DNA of 64,000 nucleotides from NCBI GenBank assembly GCA_963844715.1, contig CAWJPJ010000006.1:832001-896000 (forward strand), given 5' to 3'. The notes under the pieces were generated by a model. It was given only the letters and a program-made list of their open reading frames with translations. It was not told the DNA's origin and searched no databases. This DNA is from an uncultured Phycisphaerales bacterium. GTDB lineage: Bacteria > Planctomycetota > Phycisphaerae > Tepidisphaerales > Tepidisphaeraceae. The position numbers and the translations under genes are program-made. Shown here piece after piece: positions 1-9,638 of the stretch. Numbering within the stretch: position 1 is the first letter of the stretch; every line of letters starts with the position of its first letter.

Positions 1-669
1 CGGCGAGAGGCGTGCCGCGTTTCCAAAGTTTGACGATGCGGGGGTAACCGGATTCGGTCAGCGAGCCAGGCCCAAAATCGGTATCGACGTAGATGGAGTC
101 CAGATCGCGCCAGGAAACGTCGCTCTTGGCTTCGGGGAGGGAAAAGCCGTTGGGGACGAATTCTTTTTTGTTCAAATCGAATTCGCGGACCACATGCGCA
201 TCGGCCCCGCCGCGCGAGAGGATGATAAGGCAGCGGTCATACTCCGGCTTGCGAAGGACTTCTCCGCGCCAGACCCAGCTTACCTTCTCGCTTGCCGCAA
301 GCTGGTCAAGATCGAGGACGGTTTCCCATGCGGGATCGGGTTTCTTGTATTCGTCGAGAGTCGTGCGCCGCCACAGGCCTCGAGGATGCTCCTTGTCGCG
401 CCAAAAGTTGTAATAGAATTTTCCGTACTTAGCGATGAAGGGAATTCGGTCTTCCGAATCCAGGGCGCCCAGCAAACGGGTTCGCAGCGGCTGGAAATCC
501 GGCCAGGATTCCAATCGCGCGACCGTGCGGGCATCCTGCTGCTTGACCCAATCGAGGGCGCGCGGGCCGGTGATGTCTTCGAGCCAAAGATACGGATCGG
601 CAGTTTGCGCCAGACGATTGGGGACAAGCACAAAGTCAGCACAAACAAAACCGCCGCTTTGATTTTCAT
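1..669 (-). CDS. Prolyl oligopeptidase family (S9A) serine peptidase, N-terminal part; runs off the window; frameshift just after the signal peptide
   Basis: Manual translation of the minus strand gives signal peptide MKIKAAVLFVLTLCL, then ADPYLWLEDITGPRALDWVK...YYNFWRDKEHPRGLWRRTT...LSRGGADAHVVREFD...SGYPRIVKLWKRG, typical of the S9A N-terminal/beta-propeller region. Confidence 0.85.
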
Positions 670-2219
670 GGTTGGGTTGGCGTCGATTCGACGTTGGGGA
701 ACAGAGGTTGGCCCGGCCCGACCTTGGTGCCGGGTTCCGGCGGATTGGCATAAAGTTCGTCGAGCTTTTTCCCAGCGGCCTGAATACCAAGTTGTGCCAA
801 TCCTTCCCCGGCTTTGTGGGTAAGAATAGGGAGCAGCGCGACCAGCGATTTGTGAATCGCGGCGGCGGCAACGTTGAGGACGGTATCGAGCCGGCCCGAT
901 TGCGCGGGATCCTTGGCGAGCTTGAACGGCTCGGTGGCGTCAATGTAACCGTTGGCGGCGCGAGCCAATTCGATCGGCAATAGCGCGCACTGCTGCAATT
1001 CCAATCGCTCGTAAGCCGCCGCAATATCCCCGGGAAGCTTCTCAGCTTTCTCCACAAGATCGCGATCGATCTGGAGAAGCTCGTCCTGTTTGGGCAATAC
1101 CCCGTCGCGATAGCGCTCGATCATCTTCACGGTGCGATTAAGGCAATTGCCCAGGACGTTCTTCAGTTCATTGAAGGCTTTGTGCAGATCGGCGTCCGTC
1201 CATTGGAGATCGCTGCCAAACGGGGCCGCGCGAATGAGGTAATAGCGCAGCGCGTCCAATGAATAAGTGCCCGCGACGGCTCGCAGTTCGTCCAGGCCAA
1301 TGAAATTGCCCAAAGACTTGCTCATTTTTCGCTCGCCGCTGACCCACCACCCGTGCGCCGCGACTTTCAGGGGCAGCGGAAGCCCCAGGGAAAGCAGCAT
1401 GGCGGGCCAATAGACCGTGTGAAACCAGAGAATGTCCTTGCCGATCACATGCACGTCCGCGGGCCAGAATTTGTCATACAGCTTTTGATCGCCCGACGGC
1501 CACCCAAGAGCCGTGATGTAATTGCTCAAGGCGTCGATCCAGACATAGACCACGTGCTCCGGATCATGAGGAAGCGGGATGCCCCACTTGAGCGACGCTC
1601 GGCTGATGGACAGATCGTCCACCCCCGCCTTGAGCTTGCTGATCACCTCATTGCGGCGCGATTCCGGGTGAATGAAATCCGGGTGCGCTTCAATGTGCTG
1701 GAGAATGCGCGGTATGTATTTCGTGAGCCGAAAGAAATAGCTCTTCTCGGAATGGCGCGAAAGAGCCTTGCCGCTCACGGCGGATTTGTATTGATGGTTC
1801 TTGGCCTCGGTTTCAGTGACAAATTCCTCTTGGCCCTCGTCGTACCACCCTTCGTATCCGCCCAGATAGATATCGTCGTTGACGAGCAGCCGGCGAACGA
1901 TCTCCTGCACGGCGTTTTTGTGCCGGTCCTGGGTGGTCCGGATGAAATCGTCGTTAGTGATCTCAAATTCCTTCCAAACCTGCTCGAAGACGGGGACTAT
2001 CCGCTCGACAAGCTCGGCGGCCGTAAGGTTCTGGGCGGCGGCGGTCTTGACCATCTTGATGCCGTGCTCGTCGGTCCCGGTGAGAAAATAGGTATCCTGG
2101 CCGAGCAGGCGGTGGTAGCGGGCCAGCGTATCCGTGACGATCGTGCTATAAACCGTACCCAGGTGGGGCTGGGCATTGGGGTAATAAATCGGGGTCGTGA
2201 TATAGAAAGTCTTCTTCAT
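666..2219 (-). CDS. metG: Methionyl-tRNA synthetase (short form, no C-terminal tRNA-binding domain)
   Basis: FYITTPIYYPN..HLG (HIGH-like), GTDEHG, YVWIDAL, KMSKS motifs. Confidence 0.97.
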   Translation of the reverse strand: MKKTFYITTPIYYPNAQPHLGTVYSTIVTDTLARYHRLLGQDTYFLTGTDEHGIKMVKTAAAQNLTAAELVERIVPVFEQVWKEFEITNDDFIRTTQDRHKNAVQEIVRRLLVNDDIYLGGYEGWYDEGQEEFVTETEAKNHQYKSAVSGKALSRHSEKSYFFRLTKYIPRILQHIEAHPDFIHPESRRNEVISKLKAGVDDLSISRASLKWGIPLPHDPEHVVYVWIDALSNYITALGWPSGDQKLYDKFWPADVHVIGKDILWFHTVYWPAMLLSLGLPLPLKVAAHGWWVSGERKMSKSLGNFIGLDELRAVAGTYSLDALRYYLIRAAPFGSDLQWTDADLHKAFNELKNVLGNCLNRTVKMIERYRDGVLPKQDELLQIDRDLVEKAEKLPGDIAAAYERLELQQCALLPIELARAANGYIDATEPFKLAKDPAQSGRLDTVLNVAAAAIHKSLVALLPILTHKAGEGLAQLGIQAAGKKLDELYANPPEPGTKVGPGQPLFPNVESTPTQP

Positions 2220-2282
2220 CTGCCACGATCCTCACAAAAATGTCGTGCGGATCAAGTCACCGCCGCTACAATCTCCCGAAGC

Positions 2283-2579
2283 GTGGAATTCACGGTTTGC
2301 GATTTATGCGGTGATGCGATCGCTCCGCACGAGCATTATGTGGTGCGGATTGACGTCTTCGCCGACCCGCAAATGCCCGCAATGACGGCGGCGGAACTGG
2401 CGGGGACCGATTCCGGGGAACTGGCCAAACTGCTGGAAAAGATGAAACACATGACCGCCGAGGAATTGCAGGAGCAGGTCCATCGGCGGGTGGAGTTCAA
2501 AATCTGCCCGCGCTGCCATGGCCCCTATCTGGCCAACCCGCTGGGCAAGCCGCGAGGCGTCCGAACGGCCACGAATTAA
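2283..2579 (+). CDS. Small conserved hypothetical protein with two CxxC pairs (zinc-ribbon-like)
   Basis: GTG start, CDLC...CPRC; 3' end of the 1353..2579 ORF, divergent from metG. Confidence 0.7.
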   Translation: MEFTVCDLCGDAIAPHEHYVVRIDVFADPQMPAMTAAELAGTDSGELAKLLEKMKHMTAEELQEQVHRRVEFKICPRCHGPYLANPLGKPRGVRTATN

Positions 2580-2691
2580 TTTTGGATTTCTCCAGCCGTG
2601 CGCGCAAAAAAAGGCTGCACGGTGGAGGGTTTTGGGCCGTGCAGCCTGGCGGAGGAGGAAACGAGGCTTGTGAGCGAAGCCGCCGGTTTTC

Positions 2692-3024
2692 TTATGCGAC
2701 CGACCTCGCTGATGTTTCGTTGTTATTCGCGATCGTCATCACGACTTTCTTTTCCGGAACCAGCACCACGCTGTTCCAACCGTTTTCACAGGCTTCGATG
2801 CCATGCGACGCGAAATCCGTGAACCAGTAACCGTCGGCGATATATCGAAAACGATAATCCCCGGGTGGCAGGGGGAGAGAGGCTGTCCACCATCCTCCTC
2901 CGGCCGGTTGCATGGCAACCGCGTGTCGAACCCATTGGGAAAAGTCCCCGGCCAGTTTCACGTCGCCTACATGGGGTCGATAAAACCTGAATTCCACTGT
3001 TCCGTCATCCCTGATGCTGGTCAT
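2692..3024 (-). CDS. Glycogen-binding / isoamylase early-set (CBM48/AMPK1-CBM-like) domain protein
   Basis: VEFRFYRP..V.LAGDFSQW...M...GGWW...L.LPPGDYRFRYIADG.W. Confidence 0.85.
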   Translation of the reverse strand: MTSIRDDGTVEFRFYRPHVGDVKLAGDFSQWVRHAVAMQPAGGGWWTASLPLPPGDYRFRYIADGYWFTDFASHGIEACENGWNSVVLVPEKKVVMTIANNNETSARSVA

Positions 3025-3242
3025 CTTTCATTCCTTCGTGGGGATGGTAGAACAAACAGCGTGCCACGCGGACTCGTTTCGGTAATTTGGGGGGTGTTGG
3101 AACCGTCGTGGACCGGGCAAAATGGCCGTTTTCGGGGCCGAAATGGGCTGGAATCTTGGATGTGAATTTTCCGATGATATGGCCACGAATGCAGTTACGA
3201 CGCGGTGATCCAACGCCTGAAGACCGGCGAAAGTTTCGGCAA

Positions 3243-6145
3243 ATGGCATCAGCGTGCCCATCGACTATGCACCTTTGGGGGGTCCGAAGCCTCCTTACTA
3301 CCCTCCTATTCTTAACTTGCTGCCAACATTTGCGGTTAAATCCAGCCGAGAAAAACGGCATGGAAAAGGGCGGCATCGCATCCGGGGCGGCGCTTACCGC
3401 CGTGGATTTCAGCAACCCGGCGGCGCCGGCGGCGATGGATCTGCCGCTTCAAATTCCTGCCGCCAAAAACGAATGGACAAATTTTGTCGTGCAGCTGCGC
3501 AACGTTCCATCGCCACTAGCGGGCTCGACATGGACATTGCACATTCAATCGCCGCCCGAAATTGGGGCGGGCAATTTTCGCGCCTATCAAATCTTGCCGG
3601 TGCCGGTCGAGACCAATCGCGCCGGATACGTTCGGCAGACAGGATTGCCCGTCGGCGCGGCAGAGCTTCCGCGCGCTCCTGCCGTTATCTATTCAAGACG
3701 GCGCGATCGCGATGTCATCACTGCGAACGACATCGCATATTTTTATCTGGGTCGATGTCCACATTCCGCCGGAAATTTCCGCCGGGGATTATTCCCTGTC
3801 GTGCTCATTACAGACGGACGAAAAGTCGGGGGCCATTTCGCAAATTCCAATTTCTTTGCATGTGTACGATTTTGCGATTCCAGACGAGCGCCATCTCACC
3901 ATGGTGAGCCGCATCGACTGGAGTTCGCTTCAGCGGCTTTACGAGGATCGATTTGAAGCCATCACGCCCAGGCTGATGAATCGGGGCGATCCGGTTTACG
4001 CGGCCCCTCTGGAAACGCTCGACCAACTGGTCAATTTGAGCGAGGATAATCGGGTCGAGGCGGTCATTCCGCGCCTTCAGCCGACGGTGAAATGGCCCGC
4101 CGGCGAGCCCCCTCAGGCGGATTGGTCCGATTTCGATACGGTGGTCGCCCCCTGGATGAGCGGGGAAGCCTTCGCCGATCGCCAGCCCCTGGCGTATTGG
4201 CCCCTGCCGGCGATCGATTACCTCAATAACTTCGACGATCGAAATCGCCAGGCATACTGGAGCGAGGCAGCGAGCCATTTCAATGCGAACGACTGGCTGA
4301 ACCGCTCGTCGGCGTTTCTTGTCAGCCCCCCCGGCGCATCGGGCGGACGAGGCCCAGGCGGCGAAATTGTCTGCCGAAGCGCAGCTCATTCTGGAAGCGC
4401 ATCCCTTGCTGCGAGTAACCGTGCCCCTGGAGGACGATCAACTCCATTTCGCCGATGAGCAAAATCCTTCGATGATCGATCCCCACAGCGCCGATCGCGT
4501 CATGGCCGCGGCGAAGGGAATTGTATTTGCCGCGCCCAAACTATCGTGGTCCGCCGATGTTTCCCCGCCGGATCATTGGCTGCGCACGGATCTCCCGGGC
4601 CTGGTGCCATATATCGGCGCCGGCGGGGACGAGCGCGACGTGCGGCTGTGGGCGTGGATGGCTTTCCTTAAACGCGCGGGATTGATTCCGTGGAACGATC
4701 CCCTGCCGCAGAGCAACGCGCTCTCCGAACCCGGCGATCCCTCGGAGATGGTCTGGTTCTATCCCGGCAAATGGTTCGGCGTGGATGAGCCGGTGCCGAC
4801 GCTGCAACTCAAATGGCTGCGCCGCGCCGAGCAGGACTATGAATATCTCTATCTCGCCCAGCAGCGCGGCATGTCAACCAATGCGTTTATGCTGGCCCGG
4901 CTGATCATCAAGCCTGTCGAGATTCAGTCGGATCAGTCGCCCGATCCGGAATATTCGCTTTTAACCGGGACGGTGGATCAAGCCACCTGGGACAACGCCC
5001 TGTCGCTCTTGGCGCGGACCATTCTGCTGCGCGCCACCGGCGCGGACCCGACGAGTCCCGAAAATCGCGCCAAACTCGTCGCGTTGAATCTGGACACCAT
5101 CCGCTGGCAGGAGCCAAAGGAACGGCCCTATATATTGCCGCGTGTGGCGCAGTGGCTATGGGAAATGCCGCCCGACCCGCAGGGGAATCAGAAAGTCTTC
5201 GTCCGCCTGGGCGTGGATATTTACAACGCCGGGGACAACCGCCCCACCGACAATCTATTGCAGTGGGATTCCGCCAGCGCCGGTTGGGAATTCCAACCCC
5301 AACCGTTCGTCATCGGCCCGCTTCAGACGTATTGGGTGCAGCGTTTTTCGCTCGAGGCACGCGTGGATTTGCAGAATGTCTCGGCGGAATCGCGCCGGCC
5401 TTTGGAAATCTCCTTCATCGACGGATACACGCACGACGAATACCGCGCCCAGGCAATGCTGCCCATCGCGGTCAGCGACCGGCGCGAAGGAAGACTCTCG
5501 ATCGACGGGAATCTGGACGATTGGGACCAATCCTACGAAATTCATACCGGACGGCTCACTAAAATGCTCGACCGCCCCACCGTTCAGCATTGGCGGATTC
5601 AGCCGGCGGAAACGAGTTCCACACTCTTTAGCGGCTGGGGGGAGGACAATTTCTATTTTGCATTTCATGTTCGAGGGACTGGGGCCGGCCAGCCGCTGCA
5701 TCGGAATTTCATCGAGCAGCAATTCCGGCGCGGATGGGGTGAAGACCTTTGCGAGATGCTGATCCAGCCGATCTATGATGACAACACGATGGGACCGCTG
5801 ACTTACCTCGCCTGTAAGCCCAATGGCGTGTGCGTGGTTAGCCACTCGATCGCGGGGGCGACAAGGCCTTCGGATTCCAGCGCCCAAACGGATACGACCG
5901 TGCGATATGCCGCCAATCCGCAGTCGGGTGCCTGGGATGGGGAGCTGGCGATACCGTGGTCGGTGCTGCTCGACGGCAACCGCCCCCTGCCCCGTCTGCT
6001 GCGGTTCAATTTCATCCAGCATCGGGCCGCCAATGGCGAATCGGACAGTTGGGCCGGCCCCATCGATTACGACCGGGACGACCAGCTCATGGGGCTCCTT
6101 TATTTAAGGGACACCAGCCCCCCCGGCATGTCACAAATGCCATAA
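3243..6145 (+). CDS. Large exported protein, probably GH123/DUF4091-like with C-terminal CBM9-like domain; two frameshifts (about 3680 and 4330)
   Basis: Three overlapping ORFs join into one protein: signal/lipobox-like N-terminus, AAKNEW..F, PTLQLKWLRRAEQDYEYL (DUF4091-like), IDGNLDDW...WDGELAIPW (CBM9-like). Confidence 0.6.
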
Positions 6146-6379
6146 ACTGGATAGCCCTAAACCCTCCCCCTGCGCAAACCACCGCTTCGCGCAAGTCATT
6201 CTAGATTAACATTATATGGACGTACCAATGGGCTATGAAAGTGCAGATTTCCTTGGCGATTAGGGGTTTGTGGGGTAGCTTCGGTATGATCTTCAGATCG
6301 TCATGCTCCGCGGTGAGGCGGAAGCAAGCTGGGTGATCGCTTTGGACGAGCTTCGTCCATTCATTCGTGGGAGAAACAG

Positions 6380-7219
6380 ATGTTCCTTTCTCTGGTTCGC
6401 CGCCCTTGGCGCGGTGTGGCGGCGCTGATGTTCTCTGGCGTGTTCGCCGCCGCCGCCCAGGCGACGCCCGTGGTCCTCACGGATGGAAACTCGTCGGTCG
6501 ATTTCGACCCGGCAACCAAAACCGGCCAGTCGAGCTGGGTCGTTGACGGCGCCAACGAATTGACCGAGGGTTGGCTCTGGGGCACCACCAGCACGGGCGC
6601 CCTCTCCACCATAAGTAACCAGTTTTCCAGCGGCGGGGTTCTCTCCGCCACCTATCAAGGCGATGGATTTAACACCGTCCTTAATTTCACGCTCGTCGGT
6701 GGCAGCACCGGCAGCAAAACCTCCTCTATTATCGAAACCCTGACCTTCAACAACACGAGCGACGCGCCGATTCAGGCCAAAATTTTCGATTACGAGAATT
6801 TCGCCCTCGATGGCGCGGCCGGCAACGACACGCTGACGTTGAGCGGGTCCCCCGTGAATACCGCCGATCAGACTGATCCCCTCGGCACGGACGCCAATGT
6901 CGTCGCCACCGGCGGCGGCGCGGCGCCGGACTTCTATCAGATCGGAACCAACGGGTCCGTCCTGGCTCTCTTGGCCAGCACGAATGACACCGTCACGCTC
7001 AATGACAACAGCACCGGTCCTCTGGTTGGCGATGACAGCTTCGCCTTTGAATGGGAGCCGACCATCGATGCGGGCGGGAGCTTCCAGATCAGTGTCAATC
7101 AAACCATTACGGGAGGCGCGATGGTGCCGCTGCCCAACGCTGCTCTCAGCGGGGCGGGACTCCTCGGCCTCCTCACAGGCATCGCGCTGATGCGCAAAGC
7201 GTTTCGGGCCTGGGCCTGA
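6380..7219 (+). CDS. Exported protein with PEP-CTERM-like (VPLP) C-terminal sorting signal
   Basis: Signal peptide, Thr/Ser/Gly-rich body, VPLPNAALSGAGLLGLLTGIALMRK. Confidence 0.85.
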   Translation: MFLSLVRRPWRGVAALMFSGVFAAAAQATPVVLTDGNSSVDFDPATKTGQSSWVVDGANELTEGWLWGTTSTGALSTISNQFSSGGVLSATYQGDGFNTVLNFTLVGGSTGSKTSSIIETLTFNNTSDAPIQAKIFDYENFALDGAAGNDTLTLSGSPVNTADQTDPLGTDANVVATGGGAAPDFYQIGTNGSVLALLASTNDTVTLNDNSTGPLVGDDSFAFEWEPTIDAGGSFQISVNQTITGGAMVPLPNAALSGAGLLGLLTGIALMRKAFRAWA

Positions 7220-7260
7220 TTCGCGCCACGGGATCGAAGATATTCACATCGTCCCCCAAG

Positions 7261-7297
7261 CCAGCCGCGGCACTCTTCGCCGCGGCTGGAGTGTTTC
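7261..7297 (+). terminator. Probable intrinsic terminator hairpin
   Basis: CCAGCCGCGGC-actcttc-GCCGCGGCTGG downstream of the stop at 7219. Confidence 0.55.
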
Positions 7298-7789
7298 TAT
7301 CTCCTGATTAAACGACGCCATTGCGCGAAAATCTGGCGACGTTTCGCGCCGGTCGATTGTCGCAAACCATACCGCCAATGTCGTTTTCGACGAAAAATCG
7401 CTGCCTCTCCATTGTGAAGCGCATACGCGAAATCACCGGGGAAACGCGGTTTCGCGTGCATGAGCGCCCGGTTCAGGCCGCATAAATGTCCAATAAATGA
7501 TGCTCAAAATGATGCGCTTTTCTGTTGACTGATTCCGCGCGTCCGTGTTATAGGACCCGCGACGGCCTAGTGGAGGTATTTGGTATCGGTGTAGCGGATT
7601 AACATTTCGATTCATCTCCCCTCCCCTCAGGCGGTCTCTGTTCTGTTTTGCAGGGTTGTTAGTTGTTCAAAAAGTAGATCGGCAAGAGGCCAGTGATCCA
7701 CCGGCCAAGCCATGAAGAGAGTCCGCGCGGACGCGGCGGCTTTGGACGGGGATCACGCATTTACCTTACTTAAGGTGGAAGGTGGAGAG

Positions 7790-9516
7790 ATGTACGTACA
7801 TCCTGGGGTTAAACGGTCAATATCGGGGAAGCGCTATCTGGCATGGGCTCTGGGGCTTGGCGTGGCCGGGCTGCTGGGGGTGCCCAAAGCGGCATTTGCG
7901 CAGACACAAGTCAATGCGGGATTCTCGTTCTACCAGGAAGATGAATTCGAGGCGGGGACTTCCGAGACCCAATCCAGTCCGGATTACACCAGTACGGCAA
8001 TGATCAGCGTTAACCCGAATATCGGCGGCGGCAGCGACGGATATGTCAACGTCGTCGATGGGAACGGCAATTGGGTCGTTCAGAACATGCCGGTCATTCC
8101 CCAGCAGAGTTCGGCTACGACCAGCGCCCCGGTGGATCTGGGGACGCCGGACGATTCGCAAGACGCTTCTGAATCCGCCGCCGTCTATTTCTCCACCAAT
8201 CCGGTAGCCAGCGCGCCCTCGGGTGGAACCGATCAGTCTTATTCTTTGGCGACCGATGACATCGACCCGCAAGGGGCCGGGACCGATCCCAACGAGGCGA
8301 CCGATGAAACGGAATATAATCCGACCATCGGGCCGGGCGGGGCGCCGGGTGTGAACTCCTTTTCGCCCAATTGGGCCGGAATTTTCTCCGGCACGACTCT
8401 GGTCTGGGTTAAGAACTTCAACACCTATAACGTGCAGGCGGCGCTGAATCAGTGCGGTCCCTCGGCGGAAGCCAACGGAATCAATTATCTGGCGACGAAC
8501 AATGCGACCTTCGCCGCCGCGCTGGGCGTCAATTTCAACAACAATCCTGGGCAGGGAATCTTCTCCTCGATGGCCAAAACCGGCACAACCTATACGCCCA
8601 CCGGTGCCTATCCCTACGCCGGCAACGCCTCAACCTATTACGTATCGACGGCCAACGCCAACTCCGCCGCCAGCATTCAGACGTTGACCAATTCCGGCAG
8701 TGCCGCGACGTCGAGCCTGGTTGCCCTGATGGACGTCGCCACCGCCCGCCAGGCTGGGACCGTAGCCGGGCCAGGGCCGATTTACTCCGAGACCCAGAAC
8801 CGCACGGCCGGCAGCGGCGTGTATCCCCTTCAGGGTTTGATTAATTTCATGAACGGCTACGCCGCGCCGAATCTGAAAGTCAGCGTCGGTTATGAGAGCG
8901 TCGCGCATTTGAAAACCCGACCGTGCCGGTGAACGCAAACATGACCGTCGCTGCCCAGAATGCCGGCACCATCAATGTGAACTCCAGTCCCGAATGGATG
9001 TTCCAGCAGTTGATCAACGGCGCGATGGTGACCCTCTCGTACGCGTCCTATACGTACAACGCCAGGGTGACATGGAATAACACCAGCGGCAATATTATCG
9101 GGACCCCGACTTTTGGCGCGACCACACAAACCGTCTCGCACGAAGTCATGTTGTCGGCCATGACCAAAACCGGCCTGGGCGCCAACGCCCAATATCAGGT
9201 GCTGCTCACCTCCGACCTGAACCAGGCCAACGACTTGAGCCTGGGAAATAATCCCAGTTTCTGGTCGACGATCGGAAGCAAGACTGGAAGCATAAACGCC
9301 TACCTGAACGGGCCCGGCATGTCCGGAACGGCGCTCCTTCCCGGAGCTATTAATAATGGCAACGGGACCAGCACCGGAACCTATCAGATCGATTACAGCT
9401 ACATCACCGCCATTGAAGTGGCTTCCGTGCCGGAACCGGCCTCGGCCTCCATGCTGCTCATTGGAGCCGCGGGACTGCTCGGCCGGCGGCGTCGATCGCG
9501 ACACCTTGCTGTTTAA
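7790..9516 (+). CDS. PEP-CTERM surface protein, possible papain-fold cysteine peptidase; frameshift near 8920
   Basis: Signal peptide; NVQAALNQCGPSAEANGINYL; second ORF ends VPEPASASMLLIGAAGLLGRRRRSRH. Confidence 0.8.
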
Positions 9517-9546
9517 CTTGGGACACCATCCCTAGGTCACATGTGT

Positions 9547-9582
9547 CCGCCCGCGGAAGCGTTTCCGCGGGCGGCGCTGTTT
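9547..9582 (+). terminator. Hairpin, probable terminator
   Basis: CCGCCCGCGGAA-gcgt-TTCCGCGGGCGG after the PEP-CTERM stop. Confidence 0.5.
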
Positions 9583-9638
9583 GGAGACCGGGGCTTGCAG
9601 GGTTACAATTCGCACGTCAATAGCCATGGAAGGTGCTG

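Noticed and set aside
1353..2282. Long plus-strand ORF antisense to metG, and similar long shadow ORFs (19230..21113, 40656..42800, 5255..6022, 59847..60935)
   Set aside because: Antisense shadows of real genes in high-GC DNA; no recognisable motifs
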